A stretch of DNA of 64,000 nt from Candidatus Cloacimonadales bacterium. Its GTDB lineage: Bacteria > Cloacimonadota > Cloacimonadia > Cloacimonadales > JAFGVF01. The stretch covers positions 320,001 to 384,000 of the forward strand of contig CAXXOU010000001.1 of assembly GCA_963677495.2 (NCBI GenBank), written 5' to 3'. The notes under the pieces are model-generated. The model made no database searches and had not been told where the DNA came from. It saw only the letters and a program-made list of their open reading frames with translations. Both the position numbers and the translations under genes were made by a program. Positions within the stretch are counted from its first letter, which is position 1; each line of letters starts with the position of its first letter. This document shows, piece after piece, positions 9,154 through 18,850 of the stretch.

Positions 9154-11481
9154 ATGGTTAAGTACACAATATTATTAGTTTTGTTACTCTTACACTCATT
9201 ATTGGCTTCTAACGTTGTTATTAACGAAGTATGCTATGACCCGATTGGGGCAGATCAAGGTTATGAATGGATAGAACTCTATAACAACGGAGATGAAGAT
9301 ATAAACCTTATCGGATGGTCAATTTACACAGCCGGGTCTCAGTTTCAAGAAGATTTTGAGTTCCCATCTATTATCATACGATCCGGACGTTATATACTAA
9401 TTGCAGAAGATAAGGTTGAACAAGCTCACATTTATACCGACCTGGAATTACAGAATGCCAGTCCTGTTGTTGACGGCATTGCACTTGTGAACCCCGATAG
9501 TAGTTATACTGATACTATTCTTTATGGAATCACTAATGAAAATCAACTTCATGATGATATTAATAGTCTTGGCACTTCTTATGCTCCTGATCCATCACAA
9601 GGATTTTCACTAATGAGAGTACCAAATGGTGTGGATACAGACATCATAAGTGACGATTTTTTTGCCTGCTCAAGACCAACTCCCGGATATGAAAATTCAA
9701 GAGATATTGACCTCTGTTTGAAAGAGGTAATTTGCATAAAAATCGCTGATAAATTGAAGATATCCACAGTTATCAACAACAAATCCACATGGGATGTGGA
9801 TAACTTTGAGTGCCAACTTAACTTCTATAGAGATGAACTACTTATTCAATCAACACCCCTACAAGGGATAAAAGCTCTAAATGCTATAGATACAATAATT
9901 TATATTGATAATACTGTAGATTTTAGCTATAATCTGAAGGTCGAAGTTTTCCACCCTCAAGAAACAAACAGTGTGGATAACTTGTGGGTAACTGAGATTA
10001 TTAACACAAATATAACCCTTTTTATCAATGAAATCATGCCTAATCCCGCTTATAATGGTCAAGAGTGGATTGAACTTTATAATCCCAACTTTTTAAGCAT
10101 TAATTCAACTTTAATTTCTGTTGAAGATTATACCGGAAACAGTATCAATATTTCTAAACCGATTCCACCTTTGGAATATGTAATTCTATGCACAGATAGT
10201 CTGGATTTTTGTTTATCATATCCCGATTGTGCGCCTGAGTGTGTTATTGAAATCACGTCATTGCCGACAATGAATAACGATGGAGACTGTCTTGTGTTAA
10301 AGAGCTATACTATAATTGATTCTATCTCTTATTCGGATTATGCTGAGGAAGGGTGCTCTTTTTATCGAATAAACAATGATATTCCCGATATGAATCCTTA
10401 CGATTCATCTATCTATGCTTCTCCGGGAGAACAGAACTATCAGCAACATCCTGAAAATGAGTTCAATGTCAGCATCTCTTGTACTGAGAACATCACGCAC
10501 ATAGTTTCTTTTATAGGCATAATAGAGCCCATCGAAAGTATATTCTCATGCGTTCTTTGCAATATTAATGGAGATAATGAAGTTGAGCAGTTTTCTGAAC
10601 TGATAACTATTACTGAAGACTCAACTATTGAGTTCACTTCCGATATTCCACCAAAAGGATGTTATTACTATTTTTATAGCTTTAATCAAGAATCTTTAAC
10701 CAAGCTCTGGATTCAAGATACTGTACCAACTGTGATTAATGAGATAATGTTTAATCCTCTTATAAACGAACCGGAGTGGATTGAGCTATATTCGAAGATT
10801 CCTCAAGAGCATAATGTAACTATCGCAATATCATCTGATTCTTTAGAAGTTCCCATAAGCAATGAAGGATTCTATATAATCACCAGTAACCTTTCTGATG
10901 TTGATCAGTTGCATAATCAGTACGGTTTAGATACAGTTCAGATATATACCGGCCTACCTTCTCTCCTGAACTCAGGTGAGATGATAACTATCAGTTCTGA
11001 AGTATCAAATGTTACAGAATCCTTTCACTATCAAAGCTCTTGGTCGTCAGTTAAGGGAGTCTCTGCTGAACGGACATCTCCCCATGTTTCACCGGTAGAT
11101 TCCAATTGGTGCGGATCTATTGATAACTCAGGAAATACAATTGGTAGAGTAAACTCTATCTATCGAGAGTACATTCCAGAGAAAGATAAAGTCAAACTTC
11201 ATCCAAATCCCTTCTCCCCCTATAGAGGAGAAACCTGCGATATTGTATTCACCTTAGAAAGTCCGGTAGTAGAAGTAACATGTACCGTCTATGATTTACA
11301 AGGTAGAAAGCTTGTTACTCCGGTAAAGAATACACAGATATCAGGAAATGATATGATAAACTGGGATGGTAGATGGAGAGGTGGGAAAAAGCTTATACCC
11401 GGTTCTTACATTTTACTTGTTGAAATCAATGATGAAGGTAAAGTAAGCAAAAAACAGATTCCGTTTGCAATCGGGTATTAG
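9154..11481 (+). CDS. Secreted lamin-tail-domain (LTD) repeat protein with C-terminal FlgD-Ig-like domain
   Basis: Three (V/F)INE(V/I)...EWIELY repeats, signal peptide, and C-terminal PNPFSP...VYDLQGR...WDGR...GSYILL. Confidence 0.8.
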   Translation: MVKYTILLVLLLLHSLLASNVVINEVCYDPIGADQGYEWIELYNNGDEDINLIGWSIYTAGSQFQEDFEFPSIIIRSGRYILIAEDKVEQAHIYTDLELQNASPVVDGIALVNPDSSYTDTILYGITNENQLHDDINSLGTSYAPDPSQGFSLMRVPNGVDTDIISDDFFACSRPTPGYENSRDIDLCLKEVICIKIADKLKISTVINNKSTWDVDNFECQLNFYRDELLIQSTPLQGIKALNAIDTIIYIDNTVDFSYNLKVEVFHPQETNSVDNLWVTEIINTNITLFINEIMPNPAYNGQEWIELYNPNFLSINSTLISVEDYTGNSINISKPIPPLEYVILCTDSLDFCLSYPDCAPECVIEITSLPTMNNDGDCLVLKSYTIIDSISYSDYAEEGCSFYRINNDIPDMNPYDSSIYASPGEQNYQQHPENEFNVSISCTENITHIVSFIGIIEPIESIFSCVLCNINGDNEVEQFSELITITEDSTIEFTSDIPPKGCYYYFYSFNQESLTKLWIQDTVPTVINEIMFNPLINEPEWIELYSKIPQEHNVTIAISSDSLEVPISNEGFYIITSNLSDVDQLHNQYGLDTVQIYTGLPSLLNSGEMITISSEVSNVTESFHYQSSWSSVKGVSAERTSPHVSPVDSNWCGSIDNSGNTIGRVNSIYREYIPEKDKVKLHPNPFSPYRGETCDIVFTLESPVVEVTCTVYDLQGRKLVTPVKNTQISGNDMINWDGRWRGGKKLIPGSYILLVEINDEGKVSKKQIPFAIGY

Positions 11482-11677
11482 AAAACTGAAAACTATCTCT
11501 AAAAATGCTTGTCTAGAGCTAAATAGAATCGAATTTTCCATAACCTAAGCATTAATCTCTTCAAGTTTAAATTAACGTAAACCATTTATTCTCAAGGACT
11601 GTTTTATAATGGGATTGTTTTTCATTCGGATAGTTTTATTACACTCACATATAACACTACGTCAAAAGTAATTAATT

Positions 11678-11869
11678 CCAATTTGTGCTTTAGGCATCCC
11701 TTCCAGTCCCGTGACTAAGACAAGTTTTCCATAAATATTCAAGTTATCCACATCATGTGGATAAATCGTGCCATTCCACGAGAGGGTCACGAGAGGGTCA
11801 CCTGTGGCTAACCTTTGAAACACCTATTTTATTCACGGAACCGGAAGGGATGAGGAAGGGCAAATTTGG
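11678..11869. repeat. ~190-bp element with imperfect terminal inverted repeats, an inverted DnaA-box pair and 11-bp tandem units
   Basis: Left arm CCAATTTG...CATCCCTTCCAGTCCCGTGA pairs with right arm TCACGGAACCGGAAGGGATG...CAAATTTGG. TTATCCACA at 11744-11752, TGTGGATAA at 11756-11764, CACGAGAGGGT at 11777 and 11788. Confidence 0.7.
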
Positions 11870-11896
11870 GGAAATTGTTAGTGGAAAATTGTTAGC

Positions 11897-11936
11897 TGGA
11901 GTCAAAGCGACCGAATGGGAGTTGGACTCATAGTGA
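11897..11936. repeat. Half copy of the GGAGTCATAGCGA...GAGTTGGACTCATAGTGA repeat family
   Basis: Matches the arms of the paired copies at 42902-42989 and 63660-63753. Confidence 0.7.
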
Positions 11937-12245
11937 AATATGGCAATATTCTACCTTTCGAATGGTCCTTAGACCTTCGAAATGGTGCTCTTGGACATTC
12001 CCCTCTTGTAGAGGGGTGCCGTTTTAACGGTGGGGTGTTTCTTCCTACGAAGTGCACCATTTGCAAGGTTTACAACCATTCCAAAGGTACAGATTGCAGA
12101 TGGCATTTTCATTTTTTGCTCTCTTACAATAGTTTTTCATCTCTTCCGAATAGCTTGCGAATCACATGTCCAATTCTTGGGCATATCCCCAAGTGTTCCG
12201 CAGGAATTGTAATAGAGAAAATAAGGAATAATAATGGAAAAATTA

Positions 12246-12442
12246 AGCTCTGAAAGAGCGATTGTTCAATAGCCCCATGCGACTTGTCGCTTGGGGTAAA
12301 AGTTCACGCTCAAGATTAGCCCTGAAGGGGCGTCAGATCACCAAACATGTTAATCTTACGCCCCTTTAGGGCTACATCTTTTTAGATTACGTTTACCACA
12401 TGCCAAAGCATGTGGCTATTGAACAGACGCCTTCTCAAGGCT
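12246..12442. repeat. REPIN-like composite palindromic element
   Basis: Short palindromes GCTCTGAAAGAGC, GCCCTGAAGGGGC, GCCCCTTTAGGGC and GCCTTCTCAAGGC, plus CCCCATGCGACTTGTCGCTTGGGG. It is the reverse-complement relative of 37935-38132 and 38266-38463. Confidence 0.85.
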
Positions 12443-12544
12443 AAAACAAGCTGAAGGAGTTTTGTGCAATTGAGGGCACTGGCACTACGTTTTAGCCCTA
12501 TATGGGCTAAATATGAATAGCCCCAGGTTTTATAACCCGGAGTC

Positions 12545-12697
12545 ATGTTCCCTAAAGATTTCAAGCCCAAGGATGGCTATAACATTGAATGAGATGGAAC
12601 TGATGAGTATAATAACACTGTGGCAACCGGCGTGTATTTCGCAGTTGTGAAAACTAACAAAGAGCAGAAGAGCAATAAGATTCTCTTGATGAAGTAG
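12545..12697 (+). pseudogene. Orphan remnant of a FlgD-Ig/T9SS-A-like C-terminal domain
   Basis: Translation MFPKDFKPKDGYNIE*DGTDEYNNTVATGVYFAVVKTNKEQKSNKILLMK*. TGA at 12590 replaces the Trp of the conserved WDG motif, and the tail matches other CTD ends in the window. Confidence 0.75.
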
Positions 12698-13055
12698 GAA
12701 GAAGTGAATTGCAACGATAGTGTGATTCGCTAATTCCGGTAGTAGTTGTAGTTTCGTTCTCATGCAAGTCAGAAGTTGTGTGACATGGCAAACCGACATA
12801 GTCGGTTAAATCCATAATATAGCATGTTTCGTTCTCGCGATACGCTATCGCTACAACGCATGTCCGAAGGTTTTCAACCATTCCATAGGAACAGGTGTTG
12901 AGACAAGACATCGCTTTGCGTCGAAGTACGCATTTCCCCAAACTCCTTATCAGTCGTACAGGTGACAGCTTCAGATGACTTCGAGTTGAACCATTCGGAA
13001 GGTCTTCGACCATTACGAAGGTTTAGAGTAGCGTAGCACGATTCACTCACATCAC

Positions 13056-13089
13056 CCCCCGCTATAGAAGGGAGAAACTATAGCGGGGG
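13056..13089. terminator. GC-rich hairpin downstream of the PHP-GT4 gene (possible terminator)
   Basis: CCCCCGCTATAG-N10-CTATAGCGGGGG; no clear T-tract. Confidence 0.5.
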
Positions 13090-13112
13090 AGAACTAATCT
13101 ATTAGAGCCTAC

Positions 13113-15479
13113 TTATCCGATTAAATTATCAATAACATAATCCCAATCAAGATTACCTTGCACAGAGTTTACAGCTGCTTCTCTGAGTTTCATATAGTTA
13201 GTATGATTCTCATGATACATTTTGTAAGCATTTCTAAGGAAATCAGTCCAAGTTATTGGGCTTTGATTAGGTACAATAAATCCATTATGGTTAGGTTGAA
13301 TCATCTCTTTAGGACCACCAACATTGGAAACTATAGCAGGGCAACCGCAAGCGAGACTTTCAAGGATTACCATACCGAATGTATCAGTAACACTTGGGAA
13401 AACAAAGAATTCTGATAAGTTGTAGTATTTAACCAAATCTGTTCTCGGGATTGCCCCGGTGAAAGTGATGTTTGGTACATCTTTAAGTTCTACTTTCATC
13501 TCATCAGCATAAGGACCACTACCGGCAACCACTAGTCTGATATCAAGTCCTTCTTTGTGCAGATTCTTCACAGCTTCAGTGAGGATATTCAAGCTCTTAT
13601 CTTTAGAAACTCTACCTGCATAGAAGAGAGTGAATTGGTCTTTCTTTTTATCAATAAGTGAACTATTCTCGTTTCTGTTTGTATATGGTCTGAAGATTGT
13701 CCCCTCGATACCACGTTTGAAAATAACCATCTTACGAGGGTCAATACCTCTAGTTTCAAGGATATTAATATACTCCTGAGTAGGAACGCTAACAATGTCA
13801 GCCTGGTTGAAGAACCACTGTTCGTAAGCATCAATGATCTTAGATGCTTTCTCATCACCGATAATATGATAAGCTTCTTGAGCAAAGTCAGTGTGATAGA
13901 TTGCTTTAGTTCTTATCTGCATCATCTTACCAACAAAAAGACCGAGTAAGCCTAATGGTCCCGGACTTGAGATAATAATCTCATCAGGGCGTTCTTTATT
14001 TATAATCTTAAGAGCTTTTAGTAATGATGGAATCTTTATCTTCTGACATTCGTAGAATGGAAGTTTGAAATCATACATGGATGGAAGATTTACGTAGTTG
14101 ATTGGGATGTCTGGAGAATGCTCTTCCTCGTGGAGTGATGAAAAGATTTTCACATTGAAACCTCGCTCAGACATCTCTCTCCCCATCTTCTTGATAGTCA
14201 TCGAGACACCGTTCAGGTCATTAACTGTATCGCTGAACCAGAGTACTTTTTTTAAACGGGAACCTTCCCTTATGAGCATTCTTCTTTTTAACTCGCTGAG
14301 GAGATTAAGTGTTTTATGCATATGTAAGAAAGAACTAAAAAACGGTGCCATAAGGAAGATTCCCGGTATTGCACTGGAGAGATTACGAATCAAATCTACT
14401 ATATTGAAGTGGGCAATATCCTCTTCAAGAGAGCGTAGGAAAATTTTGAAATATTCATCACATATCTCATCTACTTTGTCATAAACTATATCTAGTTTAG
14501 TATCGATATCTATCTCAGGGTTTTCTTGTAAAGTCTCTACGAGCTCTCCAAATAGGAACTTTATTCTATCCCCACGCTTTTCATTAAAAGTTTTGAATGT
14601 CTTTGTTTTAACCTTATCCTGCCAAGTTTGCTTCTTAGACTGGAAGATGGTTTCCGTAAAAGTACTGAAGAAAGAGTTATTATTAAGCTTCTTACCATGT
14701 CTTGTGTAGTCATAAGCAATTTTATACACTGTAAAAGCTAGAGAGTGGTAGTTATTATGACGTCCCTTACCTACACTCTTTCTATTTCTAATACCATCAA
14801 TATAGCTCTTAAGACTGTCTGAATCAATATCTGTATATGATTTAGCATTAAAGATTCCCGCATGGTCATCAGAGCCACCGGTAAAACCTTTAATCCATGG
14901 GTTTGAGCTGATGGGAGTTATATCATACTTCTCGGTTAACTGCATGATATGTGCCGGTGTTAAGGCTTTGAGAATACTGGTCCAACCACAATTGTTAGCT
15001 TCGTTTCTTCCACCGTTAACTTCTTCAAATACATCAAATAAAAGGATTAACTTCTCAAGATGCTCAACAGTCAAACGCCCATTAACTGAATAGGATGCAT
15101 GAGCTACTGAATACGCAATATTGCTTGAAACAATATATTCTCTGAGTTTATATATATCTTCTCGCAGAACGTTTATATGATCGAATTCTTCTTCAGTAAT
15201 ATCGAAGATAAGGATATGAATCTTACATCCATCTTCCGGGAAGTATGTTGTAGTCTCAACACTTATAAACACATCATTTGGGTACTTTTCTTTGAGGAGC
15301 AATGCTCCATCAATCTTATTGTGATCTGTAAGTGTAACGTAATCCATACCCAATTCTTTACATTTCTTATAGATAAAGAATGGATCAGTGTAAGACTCCT
15401 TTGCTCCTAATCTTTGTAGGAACCATTCCGATGGATGCTCGGAATACAAAGAATGACAGTGCAGGTCGGCTCTTTGCAT
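13113..15479 (-). CDS. PHP-domain phosphoesterase fused to a GT4-family glycosyltransferase
   Basis: N-terminal DLHCHS, TLTDHN, GGSDDH (PHP metal ligands); C-terminal FSDTVNDLNGVS, YAGRVSKDK, FPSVTDTFGMVILESLACG (GT4). Confidence 0.88.
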   Translation of the reverse strand: MQRADLHCHSLYSEHPSEWFLQRLGAKESYTDPFFIYKKCKELGMDYVTLTDHNKIDGALLLKEKYPNDVFISVETTTYFPEDGCKIHILIFDITEEEFDHINVLREDIYKLREYIVSSNIAYSVAHASYSVNGRLTVEHLEKLILLFDVFEEVNGGRNEANNCGWTSILKALTPAHIMQLTEKYDITPISSNPWIKGFTGGSDDHAGIFNAKSYTDIDSDSLKSYIDGIRNRKSVGKGRHNNYHSLAFTVYKIAYDYTRHGKKLNNNSFFSTFTETIFQSKKQTWQDKVKTKTFKTFNEKRGDRIKFLFGELVETLQENPEIDIDTKLDIVYDKVDEICDEYFKIFLRSLEEDIAHFNIVDLIRNLSSAIPGIFLMAPFFSSFLHMHKTLNLLSELKRRMLIREGSRLKKVLWFSDTVNDLNGVSMTIKKMGREMSERGFNVKIFSSLHEEEHSPDIPINYVNLPSMYDFKLPFYECQKIKIPSLLKALKIINKERPDEIIISSPGPLGLLGLFVGKMMQIRTKAIYHTDFAQEAYHIIGDEKASKIIDAYEQWFFNQADIVSVPTQEYINILETRGIDPRKMVIFKRGIEGTIFRPYTNRNENSSLIDKKKDQFTLFYAGRVSKDKSLNILTEAVKNLHKEGLDIRLVVAGSGPYADEMKVELKDVPNITFTGAIPRTDLVKYYNLSEFFVFPSVTDTFGMVILESLACGCPAIVSNVGGPKEMIQPNHNGFIVPNQSPITWTDFLRNAYKMYHENHTNYMKLREAAVNSVQGNLDWDYVIDNLIG

Positions 15480-15526
15480 TTTTTCTCTCCTCTTTCATGC
15501 ATTTTACTTATTATTTACACAAATTA

Positions 15527-15565
15527 TGTTAATATAGCATAAGAAAATGGTTAACTGTTTGTTAT
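15527..15565 (-). promoter_or_regulatory. Candidate Pho-box-like 11-bp-phased repeats upstream of PHP-GT4
   Basis: On the minus strand: ATAACA (15560-65), TTAACC (15549-54), a degenerate unit (15538-43) and TTAACA (15527-32), all in 11-bp phase. Confidence 0.4.
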
Positions 15566-15724
15566 GATTGCAATTAATATTATTTTAAGGCTATTGGACA
15601 TGTTTGAGCCGGAATCTAACCTTGAATAGGTTAACTCATTGAAAATTGTTTAAATATGCAAAAAATAATATTCTTGACAAGTTTAGAGATATAATGTCAA
15701 ATTTGCATATAGAAGGAGGATTCA

Positions 15725-18334
15725 ATGAAGAGACTACTAATAATGATGTTTTGTATGATACCATTTTTAATATTTTCTACAACTAGAACTGTAAATTGTG
15801 ATGGATCAGCTAATTATATTTCTATCCAATCAGCAATTGATGCAGCTATTAGTGGAGATATTATTCTTATAGAAGAGGGAATCTATTATGAGGATGTGCT
15901 TGTATCAGATAAATCACTAACTATCACCAGTTTGTTTTATAATGATGCCAATGAATCCCATATAGGAAATACTATCCTTGATGGTGAGAATCAACACCAA
16001 CTACTTACCATAAGCATGCAGAATTATTCTCATTCTGTTGAAGTTATAGGTTTAACTTTGCGAAATGCAAATGGACTACAGGATGCAAGTAGCATTTTGT
16101 CAGGTGGAGCCATCAGTGCAAAACAGACGAATTTAACAATTAGTCACTGTAGCATATATAATAATATAGGCAAATATGGTGGTGGTTTATTTATTGCTAG
16201 TTGTGAAACTACGTTTATAGCAAACTCGGTTAGAGACAACAAAGCCGCAATCATGGGAGGAGGTTTATTCCTCCAACAATACCATGATTACTATGACTTG
16301 CCAATTGTGTTTGATGTTAACGATAGGAACAATTTCTACAATAATTACGCTTCCGGTGGCTTAGACCTCTGCATTAGACATACAGACTATAATGTTGCTG
16401 CGTATTGTGATACACTAGGTATTGATGGTTTGGATTTCTATAGCAACATAATAACAGACGGTTCTAACGACATGCATGAGATAGCTTATGTTGTAGCCGG
16501 AGCTGAATATCTTGATAGAGTAAATGCAGATTTGTATGTTTCGTTAGATGGTGACGATAATAATGATGGTTTAACCCCCACATCAGCATTAAGGTCAATA
16601 AGGCATGCTGCTGCTGTTATTGCTCCGGATGAATATAATCAAAGAACTATCAACATGCTTCCCGGTGAATATACCCTAACTGACGATGAGATGATGTTCC
16701 CGTTTTCGCTTAGAGATAATACCATTCTATCGGGAGCTGGTCCGGAGTTAACGATTCTTAATTGTGAAGACATGAGAGGACATATTGTTAGCAGAAACGG
16801 AATCAGTAATGTTGAAATACGCAATTTAGCTATGGTAAATCATAGAATCTCAGAAGAGGGTAGAATTGGGTTCCCTTTTGCTATTGATTTTAAACCTTTA
16901 GATGACACCGGTTATGAAATTCAATCTAACAGCTTGTTGATAGATAATGTACATTTTATCCAAACGAACTACCATGACCCACATCAGATGAATGAATTCG
17001 TTTCTTTCGGGAGCAGTTCAGTTTCAATAACTAATTGTCAGTTTGGTTCCTATGATGTAGATAGTGAGATAACGTTGAGTTCGATAAGGGGTTCAGGTAT
17101 TCACGATCCGAACGATACCGGCACTATAAGGATTTCAAAGAATAAGTTTATTAATCAAACAGATCAGATAAGAATATCATCCGGAACCGGAGACGTTATA
17201 ATTGATAACTGCTTATTCGACTCAAGGGAAGCTCCTACATTTTTTACTGAAGGTCTTAGATTTTATATATTCATTAATGGTCAGTTCAATACAAGTATTG
17301 TAAACAACTCTATCTGGGGAGACCATTATAATAGTCATGTTTCATCCTGTTTGTGTATCCACGTCGAGAACTCCTATGATGGAAGTGATATTATTGCTAA
17401 TATTGCGAATAATATAGTTGTTGATAACCTCGAAAACAACTTAATAGGTTCAATTCAGTTCGTCGATAATAATTACTATGGCTACAATAACCAGATGTAT
17501 GTTAACAGCAATCTTTTACCCGGTGGAGAATCAATGGCTGGTTCAGCAGTTCATGATGGTCAATACGTATTCTGGGATGGTAACTTAGATGCCGAACCCC
17601 ACTACACCGGATATGGAATAAACGGTTTGATGTTAAATGAAATATCACCTTGTATAGACAGCGGAACATTGAATTTACCAGTCGGATTCGAGCAACCGGC
17701 AACAGACATTGCCGGGAATTCACGTGTATATGGCGAAAACATCGATATGGGTTGCTATGAATGGCAAGGTAATATAGCTGACTTCACTATGCAAGCCATT
17801 GGAAATACTTTCCCAATCGAAATAGAGTTTACTCCTTACTACAACTATCCGATAGATACTATTGCTTGGGATCTTGACCTAGATGGTGTGATAGATAGTT
17901 ATGAGATGAATCCTGTTTGGTCATATCCTGATTTCAATGGACATAATGTCGGGATGTATATCAATGAGGGTGAAGCTATAGAGGTTAAGTATGACTGTAT
18001 TCAACCTACTACACCTATTATTGAAGAAACCAACGATACTCCGGAAGCTAATGAACTTTTAGCTTGCTATCCAAACCCGGTAAGACTCAGTACCGGCAAT
18101 GTAGTTGTTAAATACAATGTGAAAGAGGTTGGGAATGCTGTTCTGAATGTCTTCAATATCAAAGGCCAGCTAGTGAAGTCTATCAGTGCAAGTAATCAAG
18201 CTAAAGGTAGTAACACTTTGTTCTGGTACCTTACAGACAATAGAGGTGTACATGTGCCTTCCGGTATTTATATCTATAATCTTAAGCAAAATGGAGAGAC
18301 AATCGGAAAAGGACAGATTACAGTAGTTAAATAG
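15725..18334 (+). CDS. Secreted beta-helix (pectin-lyase-like/DUF1565-like) protein with PKD-like and C-terminal FlgD-Ig-like domains
   Basis: Signal peptide, SIQSAIDAA...GDIILI, LYVSLDGDDNNDGLTP, SPCIDSG, IDMGCYE, CYPNPV...GIYIY. Confidence 0.78.
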   Translation: MKRLLIMMFCMIPFLIFSTTRTVNCDGSANYISIQSAIDAAISGDIILIEEGIYYEDVLVSDKSLTITSLFYNDANESHIGNTILDGENQHQLLTISMQNYSHSVEVIGLTLRNANGLQDASSILSGGAISAKQTNLTISHCSIYNNIGKYGGGLFIASCETTFIANSVRDNKAAIMGGGLFLQQYHDYYDLPIVFDVNDRNNFYNNYASGGLDLCIRHTDYNVAAYCDTLGIDGLDFYSNIITDGSNDMHEIAYVVAGAEYLDRVNADLYVSLDGDDNNDGLTPTSALRSIRHAAAVIAPDEYNQRTINMLPGEYTLTDDEMMFPFSLRDNTILSGAGPELTILNCEDMRGHIVSRNGISNVEIRNLAMVNHRISEEGRIGFPFAIDFKPLDDTGYEIQSNSLLIDNVHFIQTNYHDPHQMNEFVSFGSSSVSITNCQFGSYDVDSEITLSSIRGSGIHDPNDTGTIRISKNKFINQTDQIRISSGTGDVIIDNCLFDSREAPTFFTEGLRFYIFINGQFNTSIVNNSIWGDHYNSHVSSCLCIHVENSYDGSDIIANIANNIVVDNLENNLIGSIQFVDNNYYGYNNQMYVNSNLLPGGESMAGSAVHDGQYVFWDGNLDAEPHYTGYGINGLMLNEISPCIDSGTLNLPVGFEQPATDIAGNSRVYGENIDMGCYEWQGNIADFTMQAIGNTFPIEIEFTPYYNYPIDTIAWDLDLDGVIDSYEMNPVWSYPDFNGHNVGMYINEGEAIEVKYDCIQPTTPIIEETNDTPEANELLACYPNPVRLSTGNVVVKYNVKEVGNAVLNVFNIKGQLVKSISASNQAKGSNTLFWYLTDNRGVHVPSGIYIYNLKQNGETIGKGQITVVK

Positions 18335-18490
18335 CTTATAGTATATAGCCTATAACTTATACCGGGAACTTAGGTTCTTGGGATGAGGATGAATCTAGCC
18401 GTGTAAACAAAGGTATTTCCTTGTGTTCTCATAACATTGATACACATAGAGAATATGTATTATCGGAATCTGTTTTCACTTTTACATTAA

Positions 18491-18641
18491 GCTTTCACTG
18501 CACCATCATAATACACGGGACTTTCTCGGGATTTTGCAGTGACTTTAGTGGAAATTTCTCGGGTATAGCCCCGAGTGATTCCCGAGGGAGTCCCGCGAGA
18601 TTCCCGTGTAAGTCCCGTGTATTGTGATAGGGTAATGAAGC
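18491..18641. repeat. ~150-bp inverted-repeat element with 11-bp-periodic internal array (CGGGA/TCCCG core)
   Basis: Termini CACCATCATAAT / ATTGTGATAGGG. CGGG at 18516, 18527 and 18560; CCCG at 18570, 18581, 18592, 18603 and 18614. Confidence 0.8.
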
Positions 18642-18656
18642 AGAAATGAGAGTAAA

Positions 18657-18695
18657 ACTATGGAGTGCACCGTCTATGTCGGTGCGTCTTGTCAC
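18657..18695. repeat. 39-bp dispersed hairpin repeat (copy 1)
   Basis: ACTATGGAGTGCACCGTCTATGTCGGTGCGTCTTGTCAC is 35/39 identical to 36155-36193. Confidence 0.75.
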
Positions 18696-18850
18696 ATAAG
18701 CTCGAACTTTAATCTCCCAACCTAAAAAAGCTATTTCCAGATAAGGAAAGAAGAATACTAACAGTCTTAAATGGACTTCTGTTGAAAGATGAAACAAATG
18801 CTTGACTATTTAAAATTACAACTATGTTATATATATTAAAGGAGCGAATC

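Noticed and set aside
11744..11764. Possible oriC
   Set aside because: Only two DnaA boxes, lying inside a repeat element, with no dnaA/dnaN/gidA-type context. Kept as a repeat-associated finding instead.
12590..12592. TGA-to-Trp recoding
   Set aside because: TGA acts as a stop in intact genes here (e.g. tmk, the kinase) and Trp is encoded by TGG throughout, so a nonsense mutation is simpler.
11915..13013. Several 60-119-aa ORFs in the intergenic mosaic
   Set aside because: They run through palindromic repeats and lack an RBS or protein-like motifs.
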